A stretch of DNA of 64,000 nucleotides from an uncultured cyanobacterium (GTDB lineage Bacteria; Cyanobacteriota; Cyanobacteriia; Pseudanabaenales; Pseudanabaenaceae), in NCBI GenBank assembly GCA_963703315.1, contig OY969811.1:3520001-3584000 (forward strand). Direction: 5' to 3'. The stretch's first letter is position 1. Each line of letters begins with the position of its first letter. The notes below the pieces were generated by a model. The model had not been told where the DNA came from and searched no databases. It saw only the letters and a program-made list of their open reading frames with translations. This document shows positions 40,918 to 51,685 of the stretch, piece by piece. The translations under genes and the position numbers were made by a program.

Positions 40918-42018
40918 ATGACAATCACCGATCAATTACTTATTAATTTATCTATTCTTTTTTCACAGCCAACGGGGATCTGTAGCTATACAAAAAACCT
41001 TTTTCCCTATTTAAAAGCTCTTAGTCCTACATTATTAACGGCAGAACCGTATTCTGATTTCAACTGCTATTCAGTACCTAATAATCTTACACCTGCTGAT
41101 GGGACAGAAGGGCATTTACGTCGTTTAATTTGGACACAGTTTCAATTACCTAAAATTTATAAAGAACTTAAGTCTCAGCTTATATTTTCTCCGATCACAG
41201 AAGCACCACTATGGTCACCATGCCGAAGCGTAGTAATGGTTCATGACTTTATACCCTTACGATTTCCTAAACGATTTTCTCCTCTTACCCCTTATCATCG
41301 TTATTATGTACCACAAGTCTTAAAGCAATCAGAGCATCTTATTTGCAACTCTCAATCTACTGCTCAAGATATCGTTAAATTTTGTGATATTCCAGCTAAC
41401 AAAATTACACCTATTCTTTTAGCCTATGATGCTAATCATTTTCGACCAGTGATAGAAGCGGAGTCGCAGATACGATCGCACAATCCTCCATACTTTCTAT
41501 ACATTGGTAGACACGACCCATACAAAAATATTAGTCGTCTTATTGATGCTTTTGCCAACTTGAAATTTAGTCGTGAATATCAACTTTGGCTATCCGGTCC
41601 CTGCGATCGCCGCTATACACCAGCCTTAAAGAAACAAGTCCAAGAATTAGGTATTGCCGATCGCGTAAAATTTCTTGATTATGTACCTTATGATGATTTG
41701 CCTAAAATGATTAGTGGCGCGAGCGCTTTGGTATTTCCCTCCTTGTGGGAGGGGTTTGGCTTGCCTGTGCTTGAGGCGATGGCTTGTGGTACGCCAGTAA
41801 TTACGTCTAATGTGTCGTCTTTACCAGAGGTGGCAGGGGATGCAGCAATTTTGATTGATCCTTACAGAGTTGAAGAAATAACGGATGCGATGCAGGCGAT
41901 CGCTAATGACTCAGGACTGCGATCGCATCTATCACAGCTTGGATTACAAAGGGCTACTCAATTTAGCTGGGAAAAAACTGGACGGGAAACAGTAGAAGTT
42001 TTGCAGCGATTTATGTAA
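40918..42018 (+). CDS. GT4 glycosyltransferase
   Basis: [35 protein letters not shown]. Confidence 0.9.
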   Translation: MTITDQLLINLSILFSQPTGICSYTKNLFPYLKALSPTLLTAEPYSDFNCYSVPNNLTPADGTEGHLRRLIWTQFQLPKIYKELKSQLIFSPITEAPLWSPCRSVVMVHDFIPLRFPKRFSPLTPYHRYYVPQVLKQSEHLICNSQSTAQDIVKFCDIPANKITPILLAYDANHFRPVIEAESQIRSHNPPYFLYIGRHDPYKNISRLIDAFANLKFSREYQLWLSGPCDRRYTPALKKQVQELGIADRVKFLDYVPYDDLPKMISGASALVFPSLWEGFGLPVLEAMACGTPVITSNVSSLPEVAGDAAILIDPYRVEEITDAMQAIANDSGLRSHLSQLGLQRATQFSWEKTGRETVEVLQRFM

Positions 42019-42020
42019 CG

Positions 42021-42773
42021 TTATTCCCGATCAACATTGACAAAATTGTAGGGCGCGGTGAAATCGTTGTAGCGGATTCTGAGGCGATTTTCAAATTGTT
42101 GATCGAGGGATTCAACGGCTGACGCAAATTCAGGCTCTTTGTCCCAGTCGATCAGAAAGGAACCGTTGTAAATCATGCTTTCAGTGAGTAGTTCGCCCTC
42201 CGCATAGTCATGGGATAGGGGTTTGAGAGTGTTGATAAAGGCATCAATGATGATTTGCTGGCGCTCTTCGATCGCTACTTCTAATTCCTGACCGATCGCG
42301 ATCGCCTCGTCCATGCTGAGAACTTTGCCGACTAGAGACTCGCGTCTTTGACGTAATTCCGCATTTTCCGCAACGGCAAGATTTAACTCTTCGGTTTGAT
42401 TCCAAAAAAGTTTGACGCTGACTTCCCGTTTGCCAATTAAGTTATGAATGAGGGTTTTGAGTTGATCTTCGTAGGGGATCAGTAAGTCTTGTTGGACTTC
42501 TTCCCATGCTTCGACAACTAGCCCAAATTGTAGGGGGAGAGGTACTGCTTGATGGGGATCGATCGCTTTCATCAGCGATTCTAAGACGGTTTCATGGGTG
42601 AGCAGGTGGGCGCGGCTAGCGAGATAACGATCCTGTTGAGCTTCACTGTAGACGATCGCAAAAGGGGGAAGTGCATGAAACTGGACGGGCTGATCGTTCA
42701 TCCCCTGAAGTTCAAGATCTTTGATCAGATCAAGATTTTCAGCTTGCAAAATCGCGTACAGGTAGAGGCTCAT
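42021..42773 (-). CDS. gvpF: Gas vesicle protein GvpF/GvpL family (start moved to ATG 42773)
   Basis: MSLYLYAIL, RYLASRAHLLTHE, LPLQFG, REVSVKLFW, RIRYNDFTAPYNF. Confidence 0.88.
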   Translation of the reverse strand: MSLYLYAILQAENLDLIKDLELQGMNDQPVQFHALPPFAIVYSEAQQDRYLASRAHLLTHETVLESLMKAIDPHQAVPLPLQFGLVVEAWEEVQQDLLIPYEDQLKTLIHNLIGKREVSVKLFWNQTEELNLAVAENAELRQRRESLVGKVLSMDEAIAIGQELEVAIEERQQIIIDAFINTLKPLSHDYAEGELLTESMIYNGSFLIDWDKEPEFASAVESLDQQFENRLRIRYNDFTAPYNFVNVDRE

Positions 42774-42795
42774 AAGAATTAATAGTTTAGTTAAC

Positions 42796-42829
42796 TTAAA
42801 ATGAGTGGCGCTCGCGCCACTCATTTTAA
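42796..42829. terminator. Hairpin at stop codon of the phosphoesterase gene
   Basis: ttaaaatgagtggcgc-tc-gcgccactcattttaa. Confidence 0.6.
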
Positions 42830-43836
42830 AGGGTTTTAGTAATTATGGCACGGTCAAATACTTTGCCATCGGTGGCGATCGCTTTGGTGATGATTTTATC
42901 TTGATAGAGATCAAAGGTCATGAAGCTAAACTGCGAACTTACAAACGCCGTTTGTGGGGATTTACCAAATTTATATAAGGGTGCGCCACCGCCGCCATTG
43001 ACGATATAGGTTGTGCCATCAAGGGGGATCGATCTCTCGTAACCGTGATCATGTCCGCAGAGATATAGAGGGACTTTGTGTTTAGCAAAGAGGGGTGAGA
43101 GTTTAGCGCCTAATTCGGGACTGCTGCCATGACGACCCGATGAGTAGACGGGATGATGTCCATAGACGATTTTCCAAGGAGCCGTGCTTTTACCTAATTG
43201 TTGATCGAGCCAAGCCAGTTGAGCTTTCCAATCGGCATTGCTATTGGTGTCAAGGGCAAAAAATTCGACTGTGCCTTCATTAACATCACCTTTGGTAAAG
43301 GAATAGTAGCGATCGCTCATGTTAAAGGGCTGGTAATTAATTTGATCCAGACCATTATTTGATTTGATAATGTCGTGATTGCCCAGCACTGCATAAAATT
43401 TCACATTTTCCTTGAGCAATGGGGAGTATGGTTCTTCAAAATAGGCTTTGGCTAATTTGATTTCACCGTAGGAATAAATATTGTCGCCTGCCATTAACAC
43501 GAAGGAGTATGGCTTTTGCTGATAGGTTTCCCACATGGACTTGGCAACTGCCATCTGGTCAGGACTCCCAAAGCCGTTATCAGAGATCGCCGCAAATCTG
43601 AGTAATGGCTCCTCCGTAGTCTCAAGGGTAATTTCTGATTCTGGATCTACGTTTGTATCAGCAATATTTGATGATTTAGAGATAGGAGTAGATATAGAAG
43701 ATTTCGCGGCGGCTGGTTCGTAGGAGGTTTGGGTTTGGGCTTTGGATTTGGCGATCGCATCATAAATCAGGGAACCAATTACAGGTATTCCCACTAATGC
43801 CCCACCTACCAGAAACAAAAGTTGACGACGTTTCAT
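42826..43836 (-). CDS. Metallophosphoesterase (purple acid phosphatase-like) with Tat-like signal (start moved to ATG 43836)
   Basis: MKRRQLL leader; SDNG, AGDNIY, LGNHD, GHHP, CGHDH. Confidence 0.9.
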   Translation of the reverse strand: MKRRQLLFLVGGALVGIPVIGSLIYDAIAKSKAQTQTSYEPAAAKSSISTPISKSSNIADTNVDPESEITLETTEEPLLRFAAISDNGFGSPDQMAVAKSMWETYQQKPYSFVLMAGDNIYSYGEIKLAKAYFEEPYSPLLKENVKFYAVLGNHDIIKSNNGLDQINYQPFNMSDRYYSFTKGDVNEGTVEFFALDTNSNADWKAQLAWLDQQLGKSTAPWKIVYGHHPVYSSGRHGSSPELGAKLSPLFAKHKVPLYLCGHDHGYERSIPLDGTTYIVNGGGGAPLYKFGKSPQTAFVSSQFSFMTFDLYQDKIITKAIATDGKVFDRAIITKTL

Positions 43837-43938
43837 AAAATTCTGTCTGTAAATCCTAACTTGTATAATTTTACGCCACAGCAATAATCCTAATTTTTGA
43901 GTAAGATCAAAATAATTCGTCCTATTTGCCACGCTGTT

Positions 43939-45003
43939 ATGACTGCCAATACCCTTGCCCCAAATCCTGCTACTAAAGTCCTACCATTATTGGGGCGATC
44001 GCAATCCGAACTCACTGAATGGGTAGTATCGCAAGGGCAGCCTAGCTATCGTGGGAAACAACTTCATGAATGGCTCTATGCAAGAGGAGCAAGAAATTTA
44101 GAAGATATTACGGTTTTCCCGAAGGCATGGCGCGAGCAGTTTGCGGCGAATCCGACTGTAGATTTTGGGCGATCGCAGATTTATCTGCATAAGCAAACCC
44201 GTGATGGTACGGAGAAATTTTTGCTGAAGCTTGCCGATGGCGAAATTGTGGAAACCGTTGGCATTCCCACCAGCAAGCGCTTGACTGTTTGTGTCTCAAC
44301 GCAAGTAGGCTGTCCGATGGCTTGCGATTTTTGTGCTACAGGTAAAGGCGGCTTTCGGCGCAATCTGGCAAAGCATGAAATTATCGATCAAGTGCTGACG
44401 GCGCAGGAAGTGATGCAACAGCGTGTCAGCCATATCGTTTTTATGGGCATGGGTGAACCATTGCTCAATTATGAAAATCTGGTTGGGGCAATTAATGTGA
44501 TCAACAAAGACATCGGCATCGGTCAGCGCAATATCACCGTTTCCACCGTTGGTATTCCCAATCAAATTCCCCGTTTTGCTCAAGAGCATTTACAAGTCAC
44601 TCTCGCAGTCAGTCTCCATGCTCCAAATCAAGAAGTTCGCGCCCAAGTTATCCCTTCCGCCGATCGCTATCCCATGATTGCCTTAATGGATGATTGTCGT
44701 GAATATGTGGAAATTACAGGGCGCAGAATTAGTTTTGAATATACTTTGCTGGCAGGGGTCAATGATTCTGGATCACAAGCAGAGGAACTCGCCCATTTAA
44801 TTCGTGGCTTCCAAAGTCACGTTAATTTAATTCCCTACAACCCGATTAGTGATGGTGATTATCAACGTCCTAGCGAAAAAGCAATTCAAACCTTTGTGCG
44901 GGTTTTGGAAGACGCCAAAATTGCGGTAAGTGTGCGGCGTACCAGAGGACTAGAAGCCGATGCCGCTTGTGGACAGTTACGTGGACAGCATTCCAACAAA
45001 TAG
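43939..45003 (+). CDS. rlmN: 23S rRNA (adenine2503-C2)-methyltransferase, radical SAM (start moved to ATG 43939)
   Basis: [43 protein letters not shown]. Confidence 0.95.
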   Translation: MTANTLAPNPATKVLPLLGRSQSELTEWVVSQGQPSYRGKQLHEWLYARGARNLEDITVFPKAWREQFAANPTVDFGRSQIYLHKQTRDGTEKFLLKLADGEIVETVGIPTSKRLTVCVSTQVGCPMACDFCATGKGGFRRNLAKHEIIDQVLTAQEVMQQRVSHIVFMGMGEPLLNYENLVGAINVINKDIGIGQRNITVSTVGIPNQIPRFAQEHLQVTLAVSLHAPNQEVRAQVIPSADRYPMIALMDDCREYVEITGRRISFEYTLLAGVNDSGSQAEELAHLIRGFQSHVNLIPYNPISDGDYQRPSEKAIQTFVRVLEDAKIAVSVRRTRGLEADAACGQLRGQHSNK

Positions 45004-45008
45004 ATACG

Positions 45009-45074
45009 GGTTTGTTCCCCCGCCGAAGGCGGGGAAACAAACCTATGTACCTCGCTTGCTTGAAAAGCGCTATA
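45009..45074. repeat. REP-like hairpin element between convergent genes, overlapping the CHAT gene stop
   Basis: ggtttgttcccccgcc-gaa-ggcggggaaacaaacc followed by ...gaaaagcgctata (TATAGC on minus strand). Confidence 0.7.
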
Positions 45075-48000
45075 AACCATTACCGATAATGATGAAGGGA
45101 GACCAATAGTAGGGATGATCGAAGACTTGGGAAGCATCAGCATTTTTTTTGGTAATCATTGCTCTTTGCGCTCTAGCTAACACTTCTGTTTTAGTGATTT
45201 GAGAATCCTGCAAAATATTGTAAAAAGCTGCCATTAACGCTTGAGTGCCACCATCCGAGACTTGCCATAGAGAAGCGATCGCCGCTTTCGCACCAGCATA
45301 TTCCATTTGATAGCCAAATCCCATAATTTCTGTCCCATTGCCCAGCTTGCCGCCCAGACCAGTTTCACAAGCACTGAGGATCACTAAATCCACATTTTGC
45401 AATGACCAAGTGGAGACATCGCGCAATGAGGCTCGACTGCCATCACCAAACATTACAAAAGAATCTTCTGGTTTACCAGTGACAAAAGCAGCATGGGTCG
45501 CGAGATGAATAATATTGTATTCCTTGAATTTGGCGACAGTGGCACTGACATTAAAATCGCGATCAATGAATTTCGCAGAATTAGGCAACTTATCCACGAG
45601 ATTATCCACTTCCTTCCGCGCAAAGGGCAATCCTGAAAAGTTAAAGGTTTGTCCATTGACGTTGACCACATATTTTCCAGTTGTAAATGCACCTGCAAGG
45701 ACACGCGGTTGATTACGGCGACGACGATCGCTTAAATTAGTAAGACTAGCTGCCGTAATCGTGTTAATCGCATAGCTTTCCACTAACCATTGTTTGCCGT
45801 CATGGAGTGCGGCGATCGGTACATAACGTAACTGTCCATCGGGCGCGTAGATAATAGTTTGGATGCCTGCTTTTTGTAAATCAGCAGCAATCGGCTGAAT
45901 TAGCCAAGTATAGAGTTTGTGAGCAGATTCTAAAACATCAAGGGAACTAGGATCACGCACATCGACACGAAAATCAAGAATTGCAAGGTTGAGATCTTCT
46001 CTCTTTACTGGGACGGTGTAACGCCTCGGAGCGCCATTTGCCGTGATCAGAATTAGTTCTAAACGATCTTCTAGAACCAATGGATAGAAAATCGCAGCTT
46101 TTTGAGACAGTTGTTGGAGATTTTGTTGGAGTGCTGCAAATTGCTGAAGGGTAGCACCATTATCAGCGCGATCGCCCAATTGACTGATTTGTTTTAAGAT
46201 CGTGGTGACGGAGGGATTCTGGACATAGGTATTTAACTGTTGCGAAGCGCGGTTCTGCACATCTAACAATTCCTGTAAGCGTTGATTTTGGGCGGGAGAA
46301 CGATTTTCTTGAGTGAGTTTGAGGATATCTAGTTGCTCCTTTCCTGCTTGGATCGAACGATTTTGGATGGCATTGTAATCAATGAGAAATCTCTGTTCGG
46401 AATCTAACAACTCAATGCCTTTCGCAGTTTCAGCATTACCACGCACATCTTTGAGATAATCATCTAATTCCTGTACTTTTAATAAATCGAGTACTTTCTG
46501 AGCTTCTAAAATGCGGTTTTGCTGCATTAGTAAGTTCGCCAAATTACGATAGGTACTCTCGAAGGTACTCGTAAAAGTCTTTTGATCTTGCACAGATAGC
46601 GATCGCACTTCTTTGCGAAGAGCTTCACGGATATTCACTGATTGTTTGTAAAAGAGAATCGCTAACTCTGATTGTTGCCAATCAGAAAACAAATCCCCTA
46701 AATTACTCAAGACAATGCTTTCCCCTCGGCGTTCTCCTAATTGCTGATGGACGGCAGATGCTTTCTGATAAACATTGAGGGCTGCGTCATAGCGTTTGGT
46801 AGCTGTATAGATCTGACCCAGATTACTCAAAGTCACAGCTTCAACCGAGCGATCGCCAATTTGTTGCAAAAACTCTAAGGATTTCTCATAGTTAGCGATC
46901 GCCTGATCATTCTGTCCTAAAGTCCGATAGGCAGCACCAATATTGTTGTAAGTGATACCCAGAGCAGGAATATCCGTCAGTTCTTTATGAATTTCTAGCG
47001 CTTTAGCATAGTATTCCAAGGCTTTTTGGGCATTACCTTTATCGTCATAAATCGAACCAATATTACTTAAAAAGATACTTTCTAATTTGCGATGATCCAG
47101 CTTTTGGATTTTCTGTAAAGCTTGTTGAAAATATTGCAGAGCATTGTCATACTGTCCTAACTCCTTGTAGATAGCACCAATATTACTGAGTGTTGTTGCT
47201 TCTTGACGTAGTAGGGATAACTTTTGCGATAATTCTAAAGATTTCTTATAGGATTCTAATGCTTTTAAATATTTACTCTGACTACGATATATCCCTGCAA
47301 TGTTATTGTGAATGCTAGTTTCGGTCTGGAAATCGCCCGTCTTCTGAACCATCTTTAAGGATTGCTGATAGAAGTCTAGAGCTTTCTCAAACTGTCCTAG
47401 TCGTCGATACGCAAAACCAATATTCAGCAAGGTTGCGGCGACATCCTTTTGATTATTATTCGCTTCATAAATGTCTAGCGATTGCTGTAATTTTTCTAGT
47501 CCTTGACTAAACTTCCCGATCGCCACATAGACATTGCCAATATTGTTGAGAATCAAAGCTTCGCGATTTTGATCTTTGATGGCTCGCGATCGCTCTAAGG
47601 CTTGTTCATAGGTATCAATTGATTTTTGCCAATTATTCGCACGATTAAAGGTGAAGGCGAGATTCTGTAAAATTAGTGTCTCATCTAATCTCACCTGTAA
47701 ATTTGCTTTTGAGTCTTTTAACTGAATTGGACTAATAAGTTTAAATGCTTGTTGGTAAGAGGCGATCGCTTGCTCGAATTGCTGTAAATCTAGATAAACA
47801 TTCCCAATAAAATTTTGAGTTCTTGCCTCTGATAGGCGATCGCCTTCTTTCTGAAAAATAGTCAGCGCCTGTTGAAATATTTGGAGAGCTTGCTTCCCAT
47901 CACCACGCTGAAAGATTTCGCGCCCATCAATCACCAATTTAAAGCCCCGATCTAGATTGATTGACTGCGTTTGAGCAGATGGGTTTTGAGCAATTAAGTT

Positions 48001-48123
48001 TTGAGAATTTGAATGTTGAGAATTTAGATTTTGCGAGAAGACTTCAGCATTTGCAGAAGGGGCGATCGCAATTAATAGAGTTGCTAAAGCTGAAGGATAG
48101 AGAATAGTGCGATTTTTTAACAT
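45070..48123 (-). CDS. Secreted TPR repeat + CHAT (caspase-like) domain protein
   Basis: Signal peptide (ANA), multiple TPR repeats, APDGQLRYVP, IHLATH, LSACETG, ASLWQVSD, HPYYWSPF. Confidence 0.92.
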   Translation of the reverse strand: MLKNRTILYPSALATLLIAIAPSANAEVFSQNLNSQHSNSQNLIAQNPSAQTQSINLDRGFKLVIDGREIFQRGDGKQALQIFQQALTIFQKEGDRLSEARTQNFIGNVYLDLQQFEQAIASYQQAFKLISPIQLKDSKANLQVRLDETLILQNLAFTFNRANNWQKSIDTYEQALERSRAIKDQNREALILNNIGNVYVAIGKFSQGLEKLQQSLDIYEANNNQKDVAATLLNIGFAYRRLGQFEKALDFYQQSLKMVQKTGDFQTETSIHNNIAGIYRSQSKYLKALESYKKSLELSQKLSLLRQEATTLSNIGAIYKELGQYDNALQYFQQALQKIQKLDHRKLESIFLSNIGSIYDDKGNAQKALEYYAKALEIHKELTDIPALGITYNNIGAAYRTLGQNDQAIANYEKSLEFLQQIGDRSVEAVTLSNLGQIYTATKRYDAALNVYQKASAVHQQLGERRGESIVLSNLGDLFSDWQQSELAILFYKQSVNIREALRKEVRSLSVQDQKTFTSTFESTYRNLANLLMQQNRILEAQKVLDLLKVQELDDYLKDVRGNAETAKGIELLDSEQRFLIDYNAIQNRSIQAGKEQLDILKLTQENRSPAQNQRLQELLDVQNRASQQLNTYVQNPSVTTILKQISQLGDRADNGATLQQFAALQQNLQQLSQKAAIFYPLVLEDRLELILITANGAPRRYTVPVKREDLNLAILDFRVDVRDPSSLDVLESAHKLYTWLIQPIAADLQKAGIQTIIYAPDGQLRYVPIAALHDGKQWLVESYAINTITAASLTNLSDRRRRNQPRVLAGAFTTGKYVVNVNGQTFNFSGLPFARKEVDNLVDKLPNSAKFIDRDFNVSATVAKFKEYNIIHLATHAAFVTGKPEDSFVMFGDGSRASLRDVSTWSLQNVDLVILSACETGLGGKLGNGTEIMGFGYQMEYAGAKAAIASLWQVSDGGTQALMAAFYNILQDSQITKTEVLARAQRAMITKKNADASQVFDHPYYWSPFIIIGNGL

Positions 48124-48133
48124 GATTTTAGGA

Positions 48134-48763
48134 TTAAGCCACTAAGAGATGATTGACTGCCTCTAATTGCTGTTCGCATTGACTAAAAATGTAATTCACC
48201 ACAGCAGCTAATTTATCAATTTCTTGAATGCTGTAGAAGGTCGTATTTCTAGTAAAAACATTCTTTTCTAGCTTGCTAAACTGCCAAAAGCTACCATTAG
48301 ATGCAACACCAAATACAATCACATCTAGTTCAGAATTCAAGCGTTGAGCAGCAATCATTTCGGCAATGCACTGTCCCCATGCGGCTTCAAAATTATCTTG
48401 CTTGGCTTCCACTAGCATGAGGTAAGGACGATCAAATACGACTTTTCCAAGAGGCGATCGCCTTGCCAAAATGTATTCAGGAAATCCTGAAAGCTTCTCA
48501 TCATAATTCAGTGATTGATGACTCCACAATAGAAACTTGCTGCGATAATGTTTCCAAACTTCTTTAAGAACTGGATAGATTAAATTTTCACAGATTGCAA
48601 ATTCAGAATTATCGACTACACCTTCACGCATCATCAGGTGTAAATCTTCACGGAAGTAATCTGATATCTGAAAAGATAATCCTTCAATAAAATCAGCTTC
48701 TGCGTAGGTAATTTGAAACTCTTTGACAACTGCACCAATTGTTTTAAAACTGCCAAAAGCCAT
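48134..48763 (-). CDS. Hypothetical protein, PD-(D/E)xK nuclease-like cyanobacterial family
   Basis: SEFAICENLIYP, GFPEY, LVEAKQD, GQCIAEMIAAQ, SNGSFWQF. Confidence 0.6.
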   Translation of the reverse strand: MAFGSFKTIGAVVKEFQITYAEADFIEGLSFQISDYFREDLHLMMREGVVDNSEFAICENLIYPVLKEVWKHYRSKFLLWSHQSLNYDEKLSGFPEYILARRSPLGKVVFDRPYLMLVEAKQDNFEAAWGQCIAEMIAAQRLNSELDVIVFGVASNGSFWQFSKLEKNVFTRNTTFYSIQEIDKLAAVVNYIFSQCEQQLEAVNHLLVA

Positions 48764-48948
48764 TTTGTCATCCTCCTATAGAGTTTACTTACTTAAGTTT
48801 AGCGCTTCAATTAAAGCGATCGCCTCAGCCAAACCAACTTTATGAGAGCGAATCTTGAATCATTACTATTATTGTGTGAGATCGGCAATTTTTCCCATAG
48901 CATATTGTGAATGGATGCTTCTCATCGTAGCTGAGGCAATATAACCAA

Positions 48949-50073
48949 ATGTATACCGTTCTAGAAGCGATCGCCACTGCCAATCCTCCCTATAAACTCA
49001 CCCAGTCTGAAGCCGCAGACTTCATGTTAAAAACTGAAAGTTTATCCCCCTCAATTAGAAAAAGAATTCCTTCAATTTATGCAAACTCTGGAATCGATTA
49101 TCGCTATAGCTGTATCGCAGACTATGGCGGCGATCTCCAAAATTTTGAACTTTATCCCTCTAATTGGCAACTGACTCCGACCCCAACCACCTTTAGCCGT
49201 AACCAAAAATATGCAACTTATGCCCCAAAACTTGCGCTGCAAGCATCACAACAAGCGATCGCTGATGCGGGACTCAGTACTCAAGAGATTACGCATCTAA
49301 TAGTTGTTAGTTGCACAGGCTTTATTGCCCCCGGTATAGATATTCATCTGATTAAGCATTTGGGACTTGCCGATACAACGGCGCGAACGATGATTGGATT
49401 TATGGGTTGCCATGCTGCCTTTAATGGTTTAAAAACTGCCCATGCGATTTGTCAAAGCGATCGCCAAGCTAAAGTTCTCTTAGTTTGTGTGGAGTTATGT
49501 TCCTTGCATTTTCAAGTCGCAGACACTCTTGAAAATACGATTATTAACGCCATATTTGCCGATGGATCTGCCGCCGCCGTCCTGACTTCTCAACCCTTTG
49601 CTGCCGCCGAAGGAAAACTTGCCTATACCGATGGTTATAGCCTCTTGATTGAGAAAACCGAAGAGTTAATGAAATGGACAATTGGTGATACGGGTTTCTT
49701 AATGAACTTATCGCCGAAGGTTCCTGAAATGGTTGCAGAATATTTGCCGAATTATTTGCGAAACTTCTTAGCAAAACATCATCTGACCCAAAAGGATCTT
49801 GATTTTTGGGCAGTTCATCCCGGAGGCAGAAAAATTATTGACCAGATTCAGTCAATTTTTGAACTAGGCGATCGCATGGTTGCTGATTCCTATCAGATTT
49901 TACGACACTATGGCAATATGAGTTCACCAACAGTTCTATTTATCCTCAAAGAGATATTAGCCAAATATCAAGCAGGAATTAGCGATCGCTCTAATTCCAC
50001 GATTGAAAATGGCATTGCCTTAGCCTTTGGACCGGGGCTATCGATCGAAGGTTGTCTATTTCAGAAAGTTTAA
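48949..50073 (+). CDS. Type III polyketide synthase (chalcone/stilbene synthase family)
   Basis: Catalytic triad FMGCHAA / AVHPGG / YGNMSS; VELCSLH, FADG, AFGPGL. Confidence 0.95.
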   Translation: MYTVLEAIATANPPYKLTQSEAADFMLKTESLSPSIRKRIPSIYANSGIDYRYSCIADYGGDLQNFELYPSNWQLTPTPTTFSRNQKYATYAPKLALQASQQAIADAGLSTQEITHLIVVSCTGFIAPGIDIHLIKHLGLADTTARTMIGFMGCHAAFNGLKTAHAICQSDRQAKVLLVCVELCSLHFQVADTLENTIINAIFADGSAAAVLTSQPFAAAEGKLAYTDGYSLLIEKTEELMKWTIGDTGFLMNLSPKVPEMVAEYLPNYLRNFLAKHHLTQKDLDFWAVHPGGRKIIDQIQSIFELGDRMVADSYQILRHYGNMSSPTVLFILKEILAKYQAGISDRSNSTIENGIALAFGPGLSIEGCLFQKV

Positions 50074-50074
50074 A

Positions 50075-50127
50075 GCCCTCACCCCTAGCCCCTCTCCCAA
50101 AGGGAGAGTGGGCTGGGGGGTGAGGGC
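50075..50127. repeat. Cyanobacterial CCCTCACCCC-type palindromic repeat
   Basis: gccctcacccctagcccctctccc...gggagagtgggctggggggtgagggc. Confidence 0.75.
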
Positions 50128-50159
50128 AGGATTCCCAATCAATTATTTAGGAAATATCT

Positions 50160-50894
50160 ATGCCTTCATTTCAAATTCGCACTAATCAAGATGAATTGAT
50201 GGATGATTTCACCATTCAGGATGAACGTCTGACTGATGCTTTGGAACAACTACGTCCGATTAATCAGCTATTAGGTGGTTATGCGACAACGATGGAAGTT
50301 ATTGCTCCATTTTTAAAATCAAGAGCAAATCAAAAAACTCGCATTCTCGATTTGGGAACGGGTATTGGTGATTTTCCAGAATATATCGTGCGATGGGCAT
50401 CGGCACAGGTTCCTGCGATCGCTGTCGAAGTTGTAGCGATCGATGCGAATCCTGTAACTGTGGAATATGCCCGTGAATCTCTCCAAAAAAGATTACCAAC
50501 CAATCTGCAAGCAAACATCAAAGTGGAAGTTGCTGATGCTCTCGCCCTTCCCTATGCTGATGGTGAGTTTGATATTGCGATCGCTGCTATGTTTCTCCAT
50601 CACTTTGCCCATGAGAATGCTGTGCAGATTGTGCGATCGATGCAGCGCGTATCTAAGCATGGAATTTTAATTAATGATTTACATCGCCATCCCTTTGCCT
50701 ATTACGGTATCTATGCTCTGACGAGGCTTTTACCTGCGGTAGATATGGTTCGCAATGATGCACCACTTTCTGTTTTGCGCGGATTCAAATTCCCAGAATT
50801 AAAAAGCATCGCCGAAGCCGCAGGTTTAATCAATTTCTCTCTCAAGTGGCGCTATGCCTTTCGTTGGGTATTAAGCACAATAGGTTTAGCCTGA
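50160..50894 (+). CDS. SAM-dependent methyltransferase (type III PKS-associated)
   Basis: ELMDD, INQLLGG, ILDLGTGIGD, FLHHF, INDLHR, DAPLSVLRGF. Confidence 0.9.
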   Translation: MPSFQIRTNQDELMDDFTIQDERLTDALEQLRPINQLLGGYATTMEVIAPFLKSRANQKTRILDLGTGIGDFPEYIVRWASAQVPAIAVEVVAIDANPVTVEYARESLQKRLPTNLQANIKVEVADALALPYADGEFDIAIAAMFLHHFAHENAVQIVRSMQRVSKHGILINDLHRHPFAYYGIYALTRLLPAVDMVRNDAPLSVLRGFKFPELKSIAEAAGLINFSLKWRYAFRWVLSTIGLA

Positions 50895-50927
50895 AAAAGA
50901 TTATTTTTTTCTTCTATTACAAGATTA

Positions 50928-51272
50928 TCAATCTGTAATTGATATCTGCTTTTTGCCACGCTTTCTTAAATGCCTATTAATTGCTTCAATGTCAATTTCT
51001 TCGTTAATTTCGCCAGTAATTGTATAGTTGCTGGGATTATCGAGTCTATCTAGCCTTTGGATTGCTTTTGCCTCAGCAGAAATAGCAATCACAGATTCTC
51101 TCTGTAACTTTTCGGCGATCGCATCGCGTATCCATTCAGTTCCTTTTGCCTTGACGATTTCAATCTGACTCACAGGCACTCGTAAACCAATTACTTGTTT
51201 AGCGAGTGGTTCATCACGCAAACTGGCAAATCTGCCATGCTCGTTTAGTCCAGCACCATTAACCTGTTTCAT
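50928..51272 (-). CDS. Small hypothetical protein, possible ribbon-helix-helix DNA-binding protein
   Basis: VIGLRVP beta-strand followed by EWIRDAIAEKL helix pattern. Confidence 0.5.
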   Translation of the reverse strand: MKQVNGAGLNEHGRFASLRDEPLAKQVIGLRVPVSQIEIVKAKGTEWIRDAIAEKLQRESVIAISAEAKAIQRLDRLDNPSNYTITGEINEEIDIEAINRHLRKRGKKQISITD

Positions 51273-51337
51273 GAGGCATCTATTTTTAAATAGTACTTAG
51301 ATGTTAACACTTTATAGAAGCGTGTTAACACTGTTTT

Positions 51338-51389
51338 GGCTTACGCAATGTAGCCCAGAACTCAAGTTCTGGGCTACATTGCGTAAGCC
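51338..51389. repeat. Perfect hairpin with cttacgcaa ends
   Basis: ggcttacgcaatgtagcccagaact-ca-agttctgggctacattgcgtaagcc, 25-bp arms. Confidence 0.85.
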
Positions 51390-51685
51390 CTAAATTCATC
51401 AAGGAAATGTAAAAATAAAGGGCATTTTTTGCGCGATCGCCTATTTTTAATCTATAGTTTGGGTCTATGATGAAAATTGTGACTATTTACTGAACTTAGC
51501 TATGGCGAATCAACCTAAAAATCAATTATTTTACAAGAACAAAAACGTCTTGATATTCTCCTCAGTTTAGAAGTTCTCAAATCGGCTGAGAAACAAATGG
51601 AAGTTAAGCAAGGTACGCTAGATTTGGAATAGGTAAAGGCTATAATAATTAACAATCTAGCAAGCAATAGCAGATCGACAACTTT

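Noticed and set aside
45070..48763. TPR-CHAT plus nuclease-like gene as a caspase-type defence system
   Set aside because: The CHAT protein has a signal peptide, and both belong to families commonly expanded in cyanobacteria; there is no CRISPR, gasdermin or other effector context.
51490..51631. Protein-like frame (..LSYGEST*KSIILQEQKRLDILLSLEVLKSAEKQMEVKQGTLDLE*) upstream of yefM
   Set aside because: May be a gene remnant, but it has an internal stop, no clear start and no family I can recognise.
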